From an uncultured bacterium (GTDB lineage Bacteria > Armatimonadota > Abditibacteriia > Abditibacteriales > Abditibacteriaceae), in NCBI GenBank assembly GCA_963843795.1, contig CAWJLW010000006.1, positions 2,802,375 through 2,866,374 of the forward strand: DNA of 64,000 nucleotides, written 5' to 3'. Numbering within the stretch: position 1 is the stretch's first letter; every line of letters begins with the position of its first letter. This document shows, in pieces, positions 37,927 through 48,391 of this stretch. The notes under the pieces were generated by a model that did no database searches, was not told where the DNA came from, and worked only from the letters and a program-made list of their open reading frames with translations. The position numbers and the translations under genes are program-made.

Positions 37927-39225
37927 TCAACCGTCGATTTTTTTAGCGCCGTTAATTTCGATATGCACAATATCGTTCAACCATTTTTGTTGGCGCTGCA
38001 TCGACAGTAAGCGTGCTTGCTCGCGACTCGAATCCAGCGCTACATTCGTCTCCGCAATTGCGGTTTCGCCTACAGTGGCGTTCTGTTTCTCAGCATTTTG
38101 CTTCTCAGCATTTGGCGGGCGCAGCTTTGACAACGAATTGACTAGGACATCGAAGTGCAGTTCGTGGAAAAAATTCTGGCTTGGAGGTGGCGCAGCGACC
38201 ACGTTTCCTATGGCGCTTTTTGCCACTGCGGCTTTGGGTTCCGGCGTCGCAGCGACCATCGGCGCCACGGCTGGCGCCGAGGCTTGAGATGTGGTGTTGG
38301 CCAGCGCAGTCGACGTTCGGGCGACATGGATAGTGCTGGACAGTTTCACGGGTAAGGTGCTGTGCGCGACGGGATTTTTCGAATCGGAACCCAGCGTCAC
38401 GACGTTTGGCACCTGCCAGAAAGCCAGCAACTGGTTTTGTGCTGCGCGCATTTCGCGCGTGGCTTCGTCGCGCCACAGCTCAACCTGTGCGGTTTCGAGC
38501 GGCACATTGCTCTGGGTTTGCAATTGATACAAAACTTCGCGCCACTGCGCGGCGGCTTCGGGCCACTGTTCGTGCTGCGATGTCCACTGCGCCAGCGCGC
38601 GCCGCGAAGCGATGTCATCCGGTGCCAGCGACACCGCACGCTGCAGTTGAGCGACCGCCATTACCGAAACGCCGGCTTTTTCCAGCAACATCGCGCGTTC
38701 AACGGCGATTTTAGCAGCCTCCTGAGTGCGCACCGAAATTTGACCATCGGTATTTTTGGTTTTGATGTTCTCTGCCGTGCGCGATGACGACAACCGCTTT
38801 GGCAACGAAGGTTCGGGTTGCGCGGGCAAAATTTCAATTTCAAAACCCTCGGTTTGCGGCGGCGCATCTAGCAACTGCACATCGGAATTATTGATCCACC
38901 CACCACGATTGGTCTGCGCTTTCAAAAGCGGATTTTCAATCCACTGCGGCGCACGCTTTTGAGGCGCACGCGTTTGAGGTGTGAGCGTGCGCGATGAAGT
39001 CGCTTTAGATGAAGTCGCTTTATTAGTCGCAGGCGCAACGCCGGGCGCAAAAGTGGGAACGAGAAAATCGGGCGCGACTTCAGAAGAAATCTGCAAAGTA
39101 GGACGCGTTTCCTCAGCCGCCGGAATAGACGGTGGCGCCACTTCCTCGGCGCGTACGCTAGGGGCCAACAGGCACACGACGCCCGCACCACTCATTAGAA
39201 CGGCAGAAATTGTCTTAGATTTCAT
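37927..39225 (-). CDS. Secreted low-complexity protein with short TPR-like segment
   Basis: GAGGAG RBS, signal peptide ending VRA; LQRAVSLAPDD..SRRALA TPR-like unit. Confidence 0.6.
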   Translation of the reverse strand: MKSKTISAVLMSGAGVVCLLAPSVRAEEVAPPSIPAAEETRPTLQISSEVAPDFLVPTFAPGVAPATNKATSSKATSSRTLTPQTRAPQKRAPQWIENPLLKAQTNRGGWINNSDVQLLDAPPQTEGFEIEILPAQPEPSLPKRLSSSRTAENIKTKNTDGQISVRTQEAAKIAVERAMLLEKAGVSVMAVAQLQRAVSLAPDDIASRRALAQWTSQHEQWPEAAAQWREVLYQLQTQSNVPLETAQVELWRDEATREMRAAQNQLLAFWQVPNVVTLGSDSKNPVAHSTLPVKLSSTIHVARTSTALANTTSQASAPAVAPMVAATPEPKAAVAKSAIGNVVAAPPPSQNFFHELHFDVLVNSLSKLRPPNAEKQNAEKQNATVGETAIAETNVALDSSREQARLLSMQRQQKWLNDIVHIEINGAKKIDG

Positions 39226-39326
39226 ATCGGCTCCTCGCTGACTGGCTTTTCTCAAACTTCTTTGGGTAACACCACACCGCAAGTACTTGCAGCGCGATTT
39301 CAGGCTCTGCAAGTACTTGCCTGCGT

Positions 39327-42300
39327 TTATTTGGCGTTGTAGCGAACAGCGCCATTGCTTTTGATTACGTTGCGCAACAGCGGCTGATAATAGTTCCAGT
39401 AGTATTGCGCCGGAAATGGGCCGGTGCGATGGCTCAGGAAATAGTTGATCGCGCCAGTCGCAGGAATCATTTCCGCGATGCGTGGCACTAGAGAATAATC
39501 CGAAGCGTCGCCCGCGAAATAAAACGATTGCAACTTATTATCGGGACGATAAGCAATTGAAGCGGGAAAGATGATCTGCGCATTACCTTTGCCATCATCT
39601 TTGAGATAATTGGCGGGGAAGTTGGCGTCGCGCAGTTTCTGGATGCCCGAAGGTTTCACCAACAATTTGTAATAGGTCAGCACTTCGCCGCCCGGTTTGG
39701 CCTGCACCACATCAAACCAGTAACGACACGGCACCTGAGCATCAACATCGTTGAGCAACGGATCGTTTTTGTATTTTTCGTCGTTGCGATTGATGGTCGC
39801 CAATTGTGTCGTGTTGGTATCGCGCAAATCTTCCTGAGTCAAAATCACCGGACGCGCGAACGGGTTTTCTTCTTCCTTGCCAGTTTCCGGATTGATAATT
39901 GTTGAGGGGCCATCGCGATAAAACACAAAACCCGCACCTTTGGGATCGTTATTGTTACCGCGTCGCACCATGTCGTCTTTGACGTTTTTCCATAAACGGA
40001 AGTCGTATTCGCGCTCTTCTTCAAACTTATCGACGTAACGTCCATACCAACCCAGATAATTGACGTGCAGCACTTCCTGCAAACGACGCTGAGCGGCAAT
40101 TTGATCGGCAGTTTCGCCCGCCGCGACCAACTTACGCTGTAATTCGGCGATGTCGGCTTTGGATTTGGTGATGCTGTCTTGCGAAAGTTTGATGTTATCG
40201 CGCAGGGTTTTCAGCAAAGCTTGATCGTTGCTTTCTTTGGAAACTTCCAAATCCTTCAAGCGACGGGGCAGCTCAACTTCCTGTACATATTTCAAACCGG
40301 CGCGCGCCGCCTTGAGACCTCGCTGCCAGCCTTCCACGTCTTCGTAAGTCGTGGGAAGTGTCGGATAACCGATGGTGTTCCATTCGCCAATTACCAGACC
40401 GCCGCGCTTGGAAAAGTCGGTGATGCTATCGACTTCATCGGGCTTGATGCCGCGAACTTCGCTGCGATAGCGCACATATTTGTCCTTGCGATAATCGAAC
40501 TCGACGAACTCACCGTAGGTATCGGCCAGCATCAAAACGCCCGGCGTTTTCAGTTGACCCGGCAAAGCAACGTTGCTGCCACCGACCACCAAATCACCCT
40601 GATTGGTTTCGTCGGCAATCGCCGTTGAAGGATCGCCGGGAATAAAACCGTAGAAATCGTTGGCGTAGTTGTAAGCGCGACTGCCGGTGTTGGGCGTTGG
40701 CCCAAAATCGGCTTCTTTGCGCATTTTAAGATAATTCAGCGTCCAGACCAGCGCGCGGTGTTCTTGATAATCGCGACCCGTTGTGCGATCCAGCACATAA
40801 ACATTGACCGGAATTGTGGGCGCGAGATACCAGCTCGCAATCGACCAACCGCCCGCCAACAAAAGCACTAGCGAGAACAACATGATGACCAGAGCCACGC
40901 GCGCGCCTCTTCCGGTCGGAGCGCGATGCGAACGCATCGAAGGCGGCGCAATCACGCTGCCATCACCCCGAGAAGTGGCGAAAACGGGAACAGTGGCGCG
41001 GGTCTGCGAAGCGCGAACACCGGCAACTGTTGCGCCTCCGGCAGTGGCCGCCGCAACCGTGCCGGGCGCGGGAATCGTGGTGCGGCCAGTTGTCGCCACG
41101 CCAGGTTCACGTTCGATTTGAACGCCATCAACGGTCTCGCCTTTGTCATTGAAATAACGACTGCGATTGGCATCGCGGACGGGACGATTCAACCGGAAAA
41201 TACCCGACAGCAAAAAGACATGATACAACGCCCACAGCGCATTAATCACAATCGCTGATGTATTGCGGTCGCTGCCAACAAAATAACGATAAAAGCCCCA
41301 CACTGCCGCAACCGCAGACAACACCAGCATCAACAATTGGAACCACAACGAAAGCCAGTTCGCCGCGCCACTATCACCTTTGGGCGTTACGCCAAAAGGC
41401 CGCTTCAAGCGCAGTAAGCCAGAAACGCTGGCCGCCATCTGCACGGGAAACGATAAAAAGCCGAGCTGTTGTCCGCGAATCATATCGCCGACTTTGTAGC
41501 CGCGCTCTTCCATGCCTTGATAAAACATGTTCATCGTGAACACGAGATAAGGAATGAAAATCGCCAGATAAGTGAACACATCCTGACGCAACGGCTTGAT
41601 GCCGAAAAAGATATACAGCATCGGCAGCAGCAGGAAGAAAAAGTTGACCCAACCAATCCAGTAATAAGTCGAGGAAAGGAAATACTCCCACCACTGACCG
41701 GGCCGCAACTGGAACAACTTGGGCAATACGCTCCAGCCCGCGCCTGTTGTGCCAAACGCCCAGCGACTTTGCTGCGTGAAGTACGCGGGCAAGGTTTCGG
41801 GCGCCATCGAATACACGTAAATTTGGTTGTAGTAAGTCGAGTCGTAGCCTTTGGCATGGAGCTTCAAAGAAGTCACAAAATCTTCGGTGACGCTCCCTTC
41901 ATCGAAGCCATCGACATCTTTCAAAGCCTCGGTACGAAACACGACGTTGGTGCCACAGCAAAACGCCGCGCGCGAATAACTTTTGCCTTCCATGATGTAT
42001 TCATAGAAAACCGACTGTTGCCGGCTCGCGGCCAAAGCCACGCTCGACACATCGGTGTTGGCATAATGCTGCGGAGTTTGCACGAAAGCCAACTTCGGAT
42101 TTTCTTCGATCATCGGCACTACGTCGCGCAAAAAGTTGTGCGCGGGCAAAGCGTCCGCATCGAAAATCGCCACAAAAGGCGCATCGCTGGTTTTGAGATA
42201 ATCGTTGATGGCACCAGCTTTGTAGCCACGACGATTGGTGCGCTGCACAATGGTCGCGCCAAAAGCGGCTGCGGCGTCGCGCATCGCCTGACGCGATTCT

Positions 42301-42953
42301 TCGCGTGTCGAGTCGTCCAACAAAATCACGCGTTTGTTGGCGTAATCGAGATTGGTCAGAGCAGCCAAAGTCTCTTCTACGACTTCGCGCGGTTCGTTGA
42401 ACGTCGCGATAATACAATCGACAACCGGTGCAGATTGCGGCGTAAAAACGCGCCGTTTGACTTCGTCGTAACCCCACGAGGCTTTAATCATCGAGTTCGC
42501 GTAGCCCAAGCCGTGCATCATGATGAAAGTGATGCCCAGCAAAAGCAGAATCGAAGCCAAGCGGTCGGGCAAGGTGTAGCCGGGCGCGAACAACGCCAGA
42601 ATCATCGACAGAGCATACAAGCCCATCGAAAACACACCGATCCAGGTGAAAGCTAAGACGCGCTTTTGCACTGGCGAGCTGCGACGCGTCGGTTCGGGAG
42701 CGCGCTCATCGTGACGCGTGAAAACCGTGCTTTCGGGCGGCACTTCGCGCGGCGGAACATCGGCCACAACGGGTACAGCTTCGACTCCAGTGCCTTCGGG
42801 CGTCACTACAGTCTCCCTCGCGCCCACAACTTCTGAAGTTGCCGCACTTTCGGGCGTAACAACGTTTTCACCTTCCACCACATTATCTGTGACGGGTGGA
42901 TTGACGACCGGTCGTTTCGGTGCTCCGCCGGACGGCGGCACGAGACGTTCCAT
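39327..42953 (-). CDS. Cellulose-synthase-like processive GT2 glycosyltransferase fused to a ~500-aa membrane-anchored C-terminal domain
   Basis: LLDD, YKAG, FDAD, QTPQ, FCCGT, TED, QQSRW and FGVTPK motifs; no PilZ barrel; GGAGG RBS before ATG 42953. Confidence 0.9.
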   Translation of the reverse strand: MERLVPPSGGAPKRPVVNPPVTDNVVEGENVVTPESAATSEVVGARETVVTPEGTGVEAVPVVADVPPREVPPESTVFTRHDERAPEPTRRSSPVQKRVLAFTWIGVFSMGLYALSMILALFAPGYTLPDRLASILLLLGITFIMMHGLGYANSMIKASWGYDEVKRRVFTPQSAPVVDCIIATFNEPREVVEETLAALTNLDYANKRVILLDDSTREESRQAMRDAAAAFGATIVQRTNRRGYKAGAINDYLKTSDAPFVAIFDADALPAHNFLRDVVPMIEENPKLAFVQTPQHYANTDVSSVALAASRQQSVFYEYIMEGKSYSRAAFCCGTNVVFRTEALKDVDGFDEGSVTEDFVTSLKLHAKGYDSTYYNQIYVYSMAPETLPAYFTQQSRWAFGTTGAGWSVLPKLFQLRPGQWWEYFLSSTYYWIGWVNFFFLLLPMLYIFFGIKPLRQDVFTYLAIFIPYLVFTMNMFYQGMEERGYKVGDMIRGQQLGFLSFPVQMAASVSGLLRLKRPFGVTPKGDSGAANWLSLWFQLLMLVLSAVAAVWGFYRYFVGSDRNTSAIVINALWALYHVFLLSGIFRLNRPVRDANRSRYFNDKGETVDGVQIEREPGVATTGRTTIPAPGTVAAATAGGATVAGVRASQTRATVPVFATSRGDGSVIAPPSMRSHRAPTGRGARVALVIMLFSLVLLLAGGWSIASWYLAPTIPVNVYVLDRTTGRDYQEHRALVWTLNYLKMRKEADFGPTPNTGSRAYNYANDFYGFIPGDPSTAIADETNQGDLVVGGSNVALPGQLKTPGVLMLADTYGEFVEFDYRKDKYVRYRSEVRGIKPDEVDSITDFSKRGGLVIGEWNTIGYPTLPTTYEDVEGWQRGLKAARAGLKYVQEVELPRRLKDLEVSKESNDQALLKTLRDNIKLSQDSITKSKADIAELQRKLVAAGETADQIAAQRRLQEVLHVNYLGWYGRYVDKFEEEREYDFRLWKNVKDDMVRRGNNNDPKGAGFVFYRDGPSTIINPETGKEEENPFARPVILTQEDLRDTNTTQLATINRNDEKYKNDPLLNDVDAQVPCRYWFDVVQAKPGGEVLTYYKLLVKPSGIQKLRDANFPANYLKDDGKGNAQIIFPASIAYRPDNKLQSFYFAGDASDYSLVPRIAEMIPATGAINYFLSHRTGPFPAQYYWNYYQPLLRNVIKSNGAVRYNAK

Positions 42954-43200
42954 GCAAAAATTCCTCCGCTCGCAACCGCGCATCAATAGCACGTCACGAC
43001 GCCAAAATAAACAGCAAAATTATAAATAGCAAAGTATTGACAACAAAACTGATACAGACTTAAAACGCCTCTATTAATCAATTTCGCCAAATCATACGAG
43101 AAAAGCGCGCTGCACGATATTCCGGCTTATGTTTACCCGATTCTCTTCACACTTGCGCTTTTTACTCAAATTTCAGCATTTATTATGGCAAAGTGCACAA

Positions 43201-43240
43201 GTAAAAACCGCCCTGCAAGTACTTGCAGGGCGGTTTTTAC
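43201..43240. terminator. Perfect 40-bp inverted repeat centred on the iterated palindrome
   Basis: GTAAAAACCGCCCTGCAAGT|ACTTGCAGGGCGGTTTTTAC with T-tracts on both strands, downstream of the response regulator. Confidence 0.8.
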
Positions 43241-43278
43241 GAATTATTTTGATTTTCTTTTGAATTCAATTTTTGAAC

Positions 43279-43989
43279 TTAGCCTTTGAATTTGTAACCG
43301 ACACCGCGCACGGTGAGAATGTGTTGCGGCTGCGAGGGCGTGGCTTCGAGCTTTTCGCGCAGCCAGCGAATGTGCACATCCAACGTGCGTTCATCGCCGA
43401 AAAAGTCGCTGCCCCACACGTTTTCCAATAAGGTTTCGCGCGCTACGGCTTTGCCCTGCTGGGTCATTAACGCGCGCAGCAATTCAAATTCTTTCAGCGA
43501 TAATTTCACTTCTCGCTCATCGCTGGCTTCCTCTTTTAAACGCACTTCGTGACGCGCAATGTCGAGAGAAAGCGGGCCACCGCGCAGCAACTGCTTGTCG
43601 TCGATTTCTTCGGTCGCCGAACGGCGTAGCAAAGCGCGCACACGAGCGATCAGTTCGCGCATTCCGAACGGCTTGACCAAATAATCGTCGGCACCCATTT
43701 CTAACCCGACGACTTTATCCGATTCCTCGCCGCGCGCCGTCAGCATTAAAATCGGCGAAGACAAACGAAATTCGGGGTCTTCGCGCAAGGCGCGGCATAC
43801 TTCCCATCCGGAAATCTTGGGGAGCATCAAATCCAAAACTACCAGTTGTGGTTGATGAGCTTTGGCCTGCGCCAGCGCAGTTTCGCCATCGAAAGCCGTT
43901 ACAGTCGCAAAACCGGCTTTTTGCAAGTTATATTCGATGGTTTCGACCAGCATTCGCTCGTCGTCCACAATTAAAATCGGCGCATTCAT
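43279..43989 (-). CDS. OmpR/PhoB-family response regulator (no adjacent kinase)
   Basis: LIVDD, LDLMLP, GADDYLVKPF, KEFELL, RTLDVHIRWLREK, TVRGVGY. Confidence 0.95.
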   Translation of the reverse strand: MNAPILIVDDERMLVETIEYNLQKAGFATVTAFDGETALAQAKAHQPQLVVLDLMLPKISGWEVCRALREDPEFRLSSPILMLTARGEESDKVVGLEMGADDYLVKPFGMRELIARVRALLRRSATEEIDDKQLLRGGPLSLDIARHEVRLKEEASDEREVKLSLKEFELLRALMTQQGKAVARETLLENVWGSDFFGDERTLDVHIRWLREKLEATPSQPQHILTVRGVGYKFKG

Positions 43990-44081
43990 AGGGCGCAGTG
44001 TAAAACAGCACGCGTTAAGCACAGATTAAAAAACGCCCTGCAAGTATCTGCGGCAAGTATTTGCAGGGCATTTTAAGCATT

Positions 44082-44669
44082 TTATCCACGGCGGCGTTCG
44101 AGCAGAAGCAGCATCATTGCGCTCAGCAAACACAATCGCGCTTCATCATCACTGGTCTCGCCCAACACTTCGACGGCGAAGCGGCCTTCAAAAAACGCGG
44201 GCTTCTTTTGTACGCGAAATACTTCGGTCCCATCGAGCCGCGAAATGATATAAGCCGGATGCAAAAAATAACCGGTAAACATTCCTACAACGGGAACCTC
44301 GCCCAGAATGCCATCCAGCACTTTGACCCAGGCGTTGGCCTCCTTGATGGAAAACACGTCGCGGTCGTTGGCATCGCGAATTTCGTATTGCGCTTTCCAC
44401 AAACTTTTCATGCCTTTACGCTGCACCGCGCCCATCGGCTGCCCGTTGGCTTGGGTGATGCGATAAGTGGCGGAAAAATCGAGAATGCGGTCGGCCTTGA
44501 TTTCGTAAAGCAACTGATTTTGGTCGGCGTTGCTATAAACCTTGACCGCTTCTTTGAGCTTGAACATCTGCTGCTTCACATACAACAGCGGCTGTCCGTT
44601 GGCATCATTAACCGAAAACTGCTGCGCCAATGCTAAAACTTTGAACGTGATCTCCAGCGGATAAAACAT
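44082..44669 (-). CDS. LURP-one/scramblase (Tubby C-like) family protein
   Basis: YVKQQMFKLKE and repeated beta-hairpins with a terminal hydrophobic helix; AAGGAG RBS. Confidence 0.65.
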   Translation of the reverse strand: MFYPLEITFKVLALAQQFSVNDANGQPLLYVKQQMFKLKEAVKVYSNADQNQLLYEIKADRILDFSATYRITQANGQPMGAVQRKGMKSLWKAQYEIRDANDRDVFSIKEANAWVKVLDGILGEVPVVGMFTGYFLHPAYIISRLDGTEVFRVQKKPAFFEGRFAVEVLGETSDDEARLCLLSAMMLLLLERRRG

Positions 44670-44762
44670 AAAACTCCTTTTTCCCGTTGTTGAAACCCAA
44701 AATGTCCCGCAAGTAACTTGCGGCAAGTACTTGCACTGCCTGCTATCAGCGCATCTGGCACG

Positions 44763-45725
44763 TTAAGTCAGCAAAACGATTTTGCCGTGCGAATTGTTCT
44801 GCATCACCACTTGATGCGCGCGTGAGGCTTCACTCAGCGGAATTTCTTCACCCACCACTGGACGCAGTGAGCCATTTTTCAAACCCGCCACAATCGCCGC
44901 ATGAATCGAAACCAGTTCCGAATCGCTGGCATTCATCAAAGTCATGCCACAAACACTGGCTTCGCGCGCCATCATTTCGCGCGGATTAATCTCCACCGTG
45001 CCACGATTGCCAATCACCACGACGCGTCCCCCATTAGCCAAGAGAGTCAAATCGTGCCCCAGATTTTCGTTGGCTAGCATTTCCAAAATCACGTCCACGC
45101 CGCGCCCACAGGTCGCGCCCAGAATATCGGACAGATAACCGCTGTCGTTGTGATTTACAATATATTCGACGCCCTGCTCTTCAATTAATTGGCGCCCGCG
45201 CACACTGCCGCCCGTGCCGATAACCGTCATACCATGCGCCAGTGCAGTTTGCACTGCGGCGATGCCGACGCCACCACTCGCGCCATGGACCAAAACAGTC
45301 TCACCCGCTTGGGCGTGCGCCTTGTGTATCAGCGCGCGATACGCCGTCGCATACGCTACATAAACCGCCGCGCCCTGAGCAAAGCTAATGTTGTCGGGCA
45401 AAGGTTGCACTTGATTGACGTTGCACAGCGCTTCTTCGGCATAAGTGCCGCTTTGAGAGCCAGCGATATAAACGCGGTCGCCCACGCGCCAGTTTTTTAC
45501 CTTGCTCCCCACGCGCTCGATGACGCCTGCGCCTTCCATTCCAGGCGTATAAGGCAAGGATGGCTTGATGACATAAGTGCCACTGCGAATGTAAGTATCG
45601 ACCGGATTGACACCAATAGCGCGCACATCGACCACGACTTGATCCGGACCGGGCTGCAAATCCGGCACATCTTGCAACTGCATCACTTCCGGCCCGCCCG
45701 CTGCTTCGACTCGTATCGCTTTCAT
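44763..45725 (-). CDS. NADPH:quinone reductase (zeta-crystallin/MDR family)
   Basis: GVNPVD, PYTPGMEGAG, VLVHGASGGVG and GKIVL. Confidence 0.92.
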   Translation of the reverse strand: MKAIRVEAAGGPEVMQLQDVPDLQPGPDQVVVDVRAIGVNPVDTYIRSGTYVIKPSLPYTPGMEGAGVIERVGSKVKNWRVGDRVYIAGSQSGTYAEEALCNVNQVQPLPDNISFAQGAAVYVAYATAYRALIHKAHAQAGETVLVHGASGGVGIAAVQTALAHGMTVIGTGGSVRGRQLIEEQGVEYIVNHNDSGYLSDILGATCGRGVDVILEMLANENLGHDLTLLANGGRVVVIGNRGTVEINPREMMAREASVCGMTLMNASDSELVSIHAAIVAGLKNGSLRPVVGEEIPLSEASRAHQVVMQNNSHGKIVLLT

Positions 45726-45779
45726 ATTTCTCTTTTCCAATGGCCAAAGGCGTGGCAAGTTGTTGCCACGCCTTTGGGA

Positions 45780-46658
45780 TTATTTCAACGCATCTTTGAG
45801 CAAGCCAGGCACTTGCGAGGGCAATTCGGCCACGCGTGCGCCAGCACGCTCCAGCGCTTCGATTTTCGCCTGTGCCGTGCCTGCGCTGCCGCTGACGATT
45901 GCACCGGCGTGGCCCATCTGCTTGCCTTTGGGCGCGGTTTTTCCGGCAATAAAACCAACGACGGGTTTCGTCATCGTAGCGATAAATTCCGCCGCTTTTT
46001 CTTCATCGTTGCCGCCAATTTCGCCGGACAAAACGACAGCTTTGGTATCGGGATCTGCTTCAAACCATTTCAAAACATCGACGAAACTACTGCCGATAAT
46101 CGGGTCGCCGCCAATACCGACGCAAGTGCTTTGGCCCATGCCCGCGCGCGTTAATTCGTCAACAATTTCATAAGTCAGGGTGCCAGAACGCGAGACGACA
46201 CCGATATCGCCGGGCAGAAAAATATCGGCGGGCACGATACCGATTTTACATTCGCCGGGCGTAATTAAGCCCGGACAGTTCGGTCCGATCATCCAGCCGT
46301 GGCGCGCTTGCAAAAAGCTATAGCACTTCATCATATCCTGAATTGGAATGCCTTCGGTGATGCATACAATGCCATTCACGCCCGCATCGACCGCCTCGAA
46401 AATAGCATCCGCGCCAAACGGCGGCGGCACAAAAATTACGCTCGTATCGGCGCCGGTCATTTTGACCGCTTCTTTCACGGTATTGAAAACCGGCACCGTA
46501 TCATCTTCGTGATCGATGAACTGTCCGCCCTTGCCCGGCGTGACGCCAGCGACGATATTGGTGCCATAATCCAACATTTGGCGCGTATGGAATTCGCCTT
46601 CGCGCCCGGTAACACCCTGCACCAAAACTTTGGTGTTCTTGTTAATTAAAATGCTCAT
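45780..46658 (-). CDS. sucD: Succinyl-CoA synthetase alpha subunit
   Basis: [35 protein letters not shown] and MGHAGAI. Confidence 0.98.
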   Translation of the reverse strand: MSILINKNTKVLVQGVTGREGEFHTRQMLDYGTNIVAGVTPGKGGQFIDHEDDTVPVFNTVKEAVKMTGADTSVIFVPPPFGADAIFEAVDAGVNGIVCITEGIPIQDMMKCYSFLQARHGWMIGPNCPGLITPGECKIGIVPADIFLPGDIGVVSRSGTLTYEIVDELTRAGMGQSTCVGIGGDPIIGSSFVDVLKWFEADPDTKAVVLSGEIGGNDEEKAAEFIATMTKPVVGFIAGKTAPKGKQMGHAGAIVSGSAGTAQAKIEALERAGARVAELPSQVPGLLKDALK

Positions 46659-46679
46659 GACTTTTCCTTTAAACCCGCT

Positions 46680-47110
46680 TCATCTAATGCGCGCCTTAAT
46701 AATTCTTTGCTTGCCAACTCCGCGGCCCAATTCGAGATAATCGAAATCAAGCGCGAATTGATTGACTGCTACACTGGCCTGAATGTCGTTCCACTGGCGA
46801 TCCAAAACCTGATTTTCTACCATGAACCATTGCAACTTCGATAGAACTAAATCTTCAGCAGTTTGCACATAAAAAGCTGGAGTCCCATCTAATTCCTCAC
46901 TATATTGAACGCCTACCCATTCGATTTGCAATTCTGTTTCGCTCGAATCGAGAGGCGAATTGCGCAACGAGCGCCGCATTAGCTGTATCACATTGGCTGC
47001 CTCGCTTCATCTGCACGCAGCAACTTACGCATTACACGCTCTTTGTGCCCTAAACGGCGCAAGTGTTCGAACTGCATTTCTTCGACAATCGGATGTGTGG
47101 TGTTGGGTAT
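46680..47110 (-). pseudogene. Decayed remnant of a small-protein / nucleotidyltransferase-like gene pair
   Basis: Fragment THPIVEEMQFEHLRR, then a stop/frame change, then SSETELQ...YSEELD joined directly to TAEDLVLSKLQWF...RQWNDI...LDFDYL with no N-terminal catalytic part. Confidence 0.5.
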
Positions 47111-47136
47111 AAGGAAAATCCACAACCGTTCATCAC

Positions 47137-47517
47137 TCAATCGCGTTGAAAACCTTCCATGCGCCGCCGATCTTTCTTGGTCGGTCGTCCCGCACCACGT
47201 TCACGAGCAGGCGCTTTTTTCATCGCGGCCATCAGCCAATCTTCGCTGTCTTTGGGTGGCGGAGGAGGCGTCTCGTCGCGATACATTTCGCGCGCCTGTT
47301 CTTTGGAAATGTTGCCCTGTGGCAAATCCAAAATCACCAACTTGCGCTCGTGCGTGCCGGTGATTTCAATCGTATCGCCGATTTTGATTGCCGCTGACGG
47401 CTTGGCACGTTGACCGTTGATTTTGACGTGACCGCTTTCGCACGCGCGACTCGCCTGCGCGCGCTGTTTGTAAATGCAACACAAATTCAACCAGTGATCG
47501 ACACGATAACGTTCCAT
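47137..47517 (-). CDS. hslR: RNA-binding S4-domain protein, Hsp15-like
   Basis: RVDHWL...KQRAQA..AC..GHVKING..AKPS and RERGAGRPTKKDRR; start re-assigned to 47517. Confidence 0.9.
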   Translation of the reverse strand: MERYRVDHWLNLCCIYKQRAQASRACESGHVKINGQRAKPSAAIKIGDTIEITGTHERKLVILDLPQGNISKEQAREMYRDETPPPPPKDSEDWLMAAMKKAPARERGAGRPTKKDRRRMEGFQRD

Positions 47518-47572
47518 TTGGTCACAACTGATGATAAGATTTGGCTCTGCAAGTACTTGCAGAGCCAAAATT

Positions 47573-48328
47573 TTATTTCCCCATTGCCCGTACATTCTCC
47601 AGACTTTCGCGCGCGCAATCCAGCGGAGGTTTGGGATACTGCTCGACTTCCACGATATACCATTGCGTGCCGCCGACGCTTTCGCAGCTTTGGAAAACCT
47701 GCTGCCAATCGACTTCGCCTTTACCGACAAAGGCATCTTTATCGGTCGAAGAGTATTCTTTCAAGTGGATGGTTTTTGAGCGGCCCGGAAACTCTTCAAT
47801 CAGTGGAATCGCACTCGAACCACCTTCCAACGCGTTGCCGGTGTCGAGCTGCAAAATCACATTCTCCGGCGTGTTCTGAAACAGATAACGCATCGGAAGC
47901 GTGCCATCTTCAAAAGGCTGAAAATCGAAGTTGTGATTGTGATAGCCCACAAACGCCCCATGCTCGCGCGCCACATCAGCGGCTTTGGTCAAGGCAGCGG
48001 CAAAACGATCTAGATTTTCTTTCGAGCCGTGATATTCGCCGCCGACACTGGGCACAATCAGATATGGATTATCAAAAGTCTGATTGAATTCGATGGTACG
48101 CTTGATGTTTTCGGGGTTGAGCGTGTCCAAGCCTGTGTGCGTGCCGGCGCATTTCAGGTTATTGTCGTCCAGCAACTGCTTGATTTGCTGCGCCGAATGA
48201 TCGTAATATCCGGCGAATTCGACGCCGTCATAACCCATTTCAGCGACGGCTTTCACTGTAGCAGGGAAGTCTTTCGCGCAAGCTTCGCGCACTGAGTACA
48301 ACTGCAGGGCAACGGGAATTTTCGACAT
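47573..48328 (-). CDS. Sugar phosphate isomerase/epimerase
   Basis: LQLYSVR, GYDGVEFAG, YHNH, LDTG, HLKE and IVE motifs. Confidence 0.88.
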   Translation of the reverse strand: MSKIPVALQLYSVREACAKDFPATVKAVAEMGYDGVEFAGYYDHSAQQIKQLLDDNNLKCAGTHTGLDTLNPENIKRTIEFNQTFDNPYLIVPSVGGEYHGSKENLDRFAAALTKAADVAREHGAFVGYHNHNFDFQPFEDGTLPMRYLFQNTPENVILQLDTGNALEGGSSAIPLIEEFPGRSKTIHLKEYSSTDKDAFVGKGEVDWQQVFQSCESVGGTQWYIVEVEQYPKPPLDCARESLENVRAMGK

Positions 48329-48391
48329 ATTTTCCTTTAAATTTGATTCTAACCGCCCTGCAAGTACTTGCAGGGCGGTTATGAGTTTCTA

